This document shows, in pieces, positions 62,836 to 64,000 of a DNA stretch of 64,000 nucleotides. Origin of the DNA: Alphaproteobacteria bacterium (lineage in GTDB: Bacteria; Pseudomonadota; Alphaproteobacteria; SHVV01); the NCBI GenBank assembly GCA_965261735.1, contig OZ253470.1:3296001-3360000 (forward strand), in the 5' to 3' direction. The position numbers were made by a program, and so were the translations under genes. The notes below the pieces were generated by a model. That model searched no databases. It saw only the letters and a list, made by a program, of their open reading frames with translations, and was not told the origin of the DNA. The first letter of the stretch is position 1. Every line of letters begins with the position of its first letter.

Positions 62836-64000
62836 TCACTCAAAGCGCGCATCGTTGAGCCGCCAATATGCGTCTGTTCCCTTGAGTGCCTTGTTCTTTT
62901 GAGCGTTGTCCCAAGGTATCTCACCTTTCTTGTTGCGTGCCTTGGGGTCGGCCCCAGCATCAAGCAGCGCCATAATCAACGCCGGAGATATTCTGTACGC
63001 CGCCCAGTGCAGAGGCGTCTCGCCGAAGCTGTCTCGGGGGTCCGCCGCTGCGCCGAAGGCCAGGAGCACCTGAACCGCAGCGACAGACTCATTGTCCACG
63101 GCGAGGTGCAGTGGCGTGAGGAGGAGGTCGTTGCTGCGCGCATCGAGGCTGGCCCCGGCGTTCAATAGCGCCGTGATCACCTTAGAATGCTTGTTATTCG
63201 ACGCCGCCAGGTGAAGGGGGGTCAATCCACCTTCGGCCCGCGCTTCCAAGCTGGCGCCGACATTGAGAATTGTCTCCACCACCGGAACTGTACGACTCCC
63301 TGATGCTGCAACATGCAGAGGTGTCCAGCCTCGCTTGCTCCTTGCCTCTAGCTTCGCCCCAGCTTCCAGCAAAACCGTGATCATTTCTGCAGAAACACTG
63401 TGGTGTGCTGCCGCGTGGAGCGGTGTCCATCCATCGTCATCCCGCGCTTCCAAGTTTGCTCCGGCATCCAATAGCATTGCGATCGTCTTGGGTGAGTCGC
63501 CGAAGCCTGCGACCGTGTGGAGTGGTGTCCATCCGCTTTCATTCCGCGCCTCTAGGCCCGCCCCAGCGTTGAGTAGCGTTGCGAGTACTGCGGACATCTG
63601 ATTGCTTGACGCGGCTTTATGCAGCGGCGTCTGGCCGCCCATGTCGTCACGTGCCTTCAGATCCGCTCCGGCATCCAGAAGCACCTTGACCACCGCAGGG
63701 GAAATGCTGCCCTCCGCAGCTTGGTGAAGGGGTGTCCTGCCGAAACGATCCCGCGCCGCGAGGTCCGCGCCGAAATTCAGGAGTGCTGTCACAACCGCAG
63801 GCACGGTGTTGATCGCCGCCGCATGGTGCAGAGGGGTCTGGCCGAATTTGTCTCGTGCTTCTAGTTCCGCGCCCGCATCCAGGAGCGATGTGACCAATGC
63901 AGGGGACTTGGTTAGCGCTGCTGCGTTGTGGAGGGGCGTCTCCTCATAACCGTCGCGGTCACTCACGTTAGCTCCCGATGCGATGCAGCTCACCACGTCC
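62836..64000 (-). CDS. Ankyrin-repeat protein (5' end beyond window)
   Basis: About 10 repeats of G.TPLH.AA...LL.AGA.L.AR. Confidence 0.96.
   Translation of the reverse strand, partial: DVVSCIASGANVSDRDGYEETPLHNAAALTKSPALVTSLLDAGAELEARDKFGQTPLHHAAAINTVPAVVTALLNFGADLAARDRFGRTPLHQAAEGSISPAVVKVLLDAGADLKARDDMGGQTPLHKAASSNQMSAVLATLLNAGAGLEARNESGWTPLHTVAGFGDSPKTIAMLLDAGANLEARDDDGWTPLHAAAHHSVSAEMITVLLEAGAKLEARSKRGWTPLHVAASGSRTVPVVETILNVGASLEARAEGGLTPLHLAASNNKHSKVITALLNAGASLDARSNDLLLTPLHLAVDNESVAAVQVLLAFGAAADPRDSFGETPLHWAAYRISPALIMALLDAGADPKARNKKGEIPWDNAQKNKALKGTDAYWRLNDARFE

Overview
Sequence from a GC-rich alphaproteobacterium, in two parts. (1) 1-26.8 kb is core chromosome: COQ9, purE, a GGDEF protein, two acyl-CoA synthetases, trcR, qor, DUF1192, metY-like, two Hsp20 genes (one with a ROSE thermometer), rcdA, rpmE, cyaY, an ABC exporter, tartrate dehydrogenase, a GNAT and phzF. 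It is interrupted by ISKra4, IS1595 and IS630 elements and by a ~5 kb islet between rcdA and rpmE. The islet carries a T4-lysozyme-fold muramidase gene facing three paralogous secreted-protein genes, each preceded by an orphan copy of the muramidase 3' end. This looks like a convergent effector/immunity cassette array and is the best candidate for an undescribed system. (2) A second ISKra4 copy (26840-28483) truncates a core gene and begins a heavily decayed integrative/mobilisable island. The island holds IS66/IS21/IS110/IS4/IS1634 remnants, higA, ParB/Srx, a QseM homologue, CoiA, a fold-back RIT-like structure splitting a CxxC-repeat gene, ssb-toprim-SLOG leading-region genes, a 1843-aa MobF relaxase with C-terminal repeats, a type ISP-like RM gene, ApeA-HEPN, a group II intron 5' fragment, PD-(D/E)XK nucleases, an IS1595 with a passenger gene splitting a pentapeptide-repeat gene, and an ankyrin-repeat gene. 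No rRNA, tRNA or CRISPR array was seen. All family calls are from motif recognition by eye; no database search was run.
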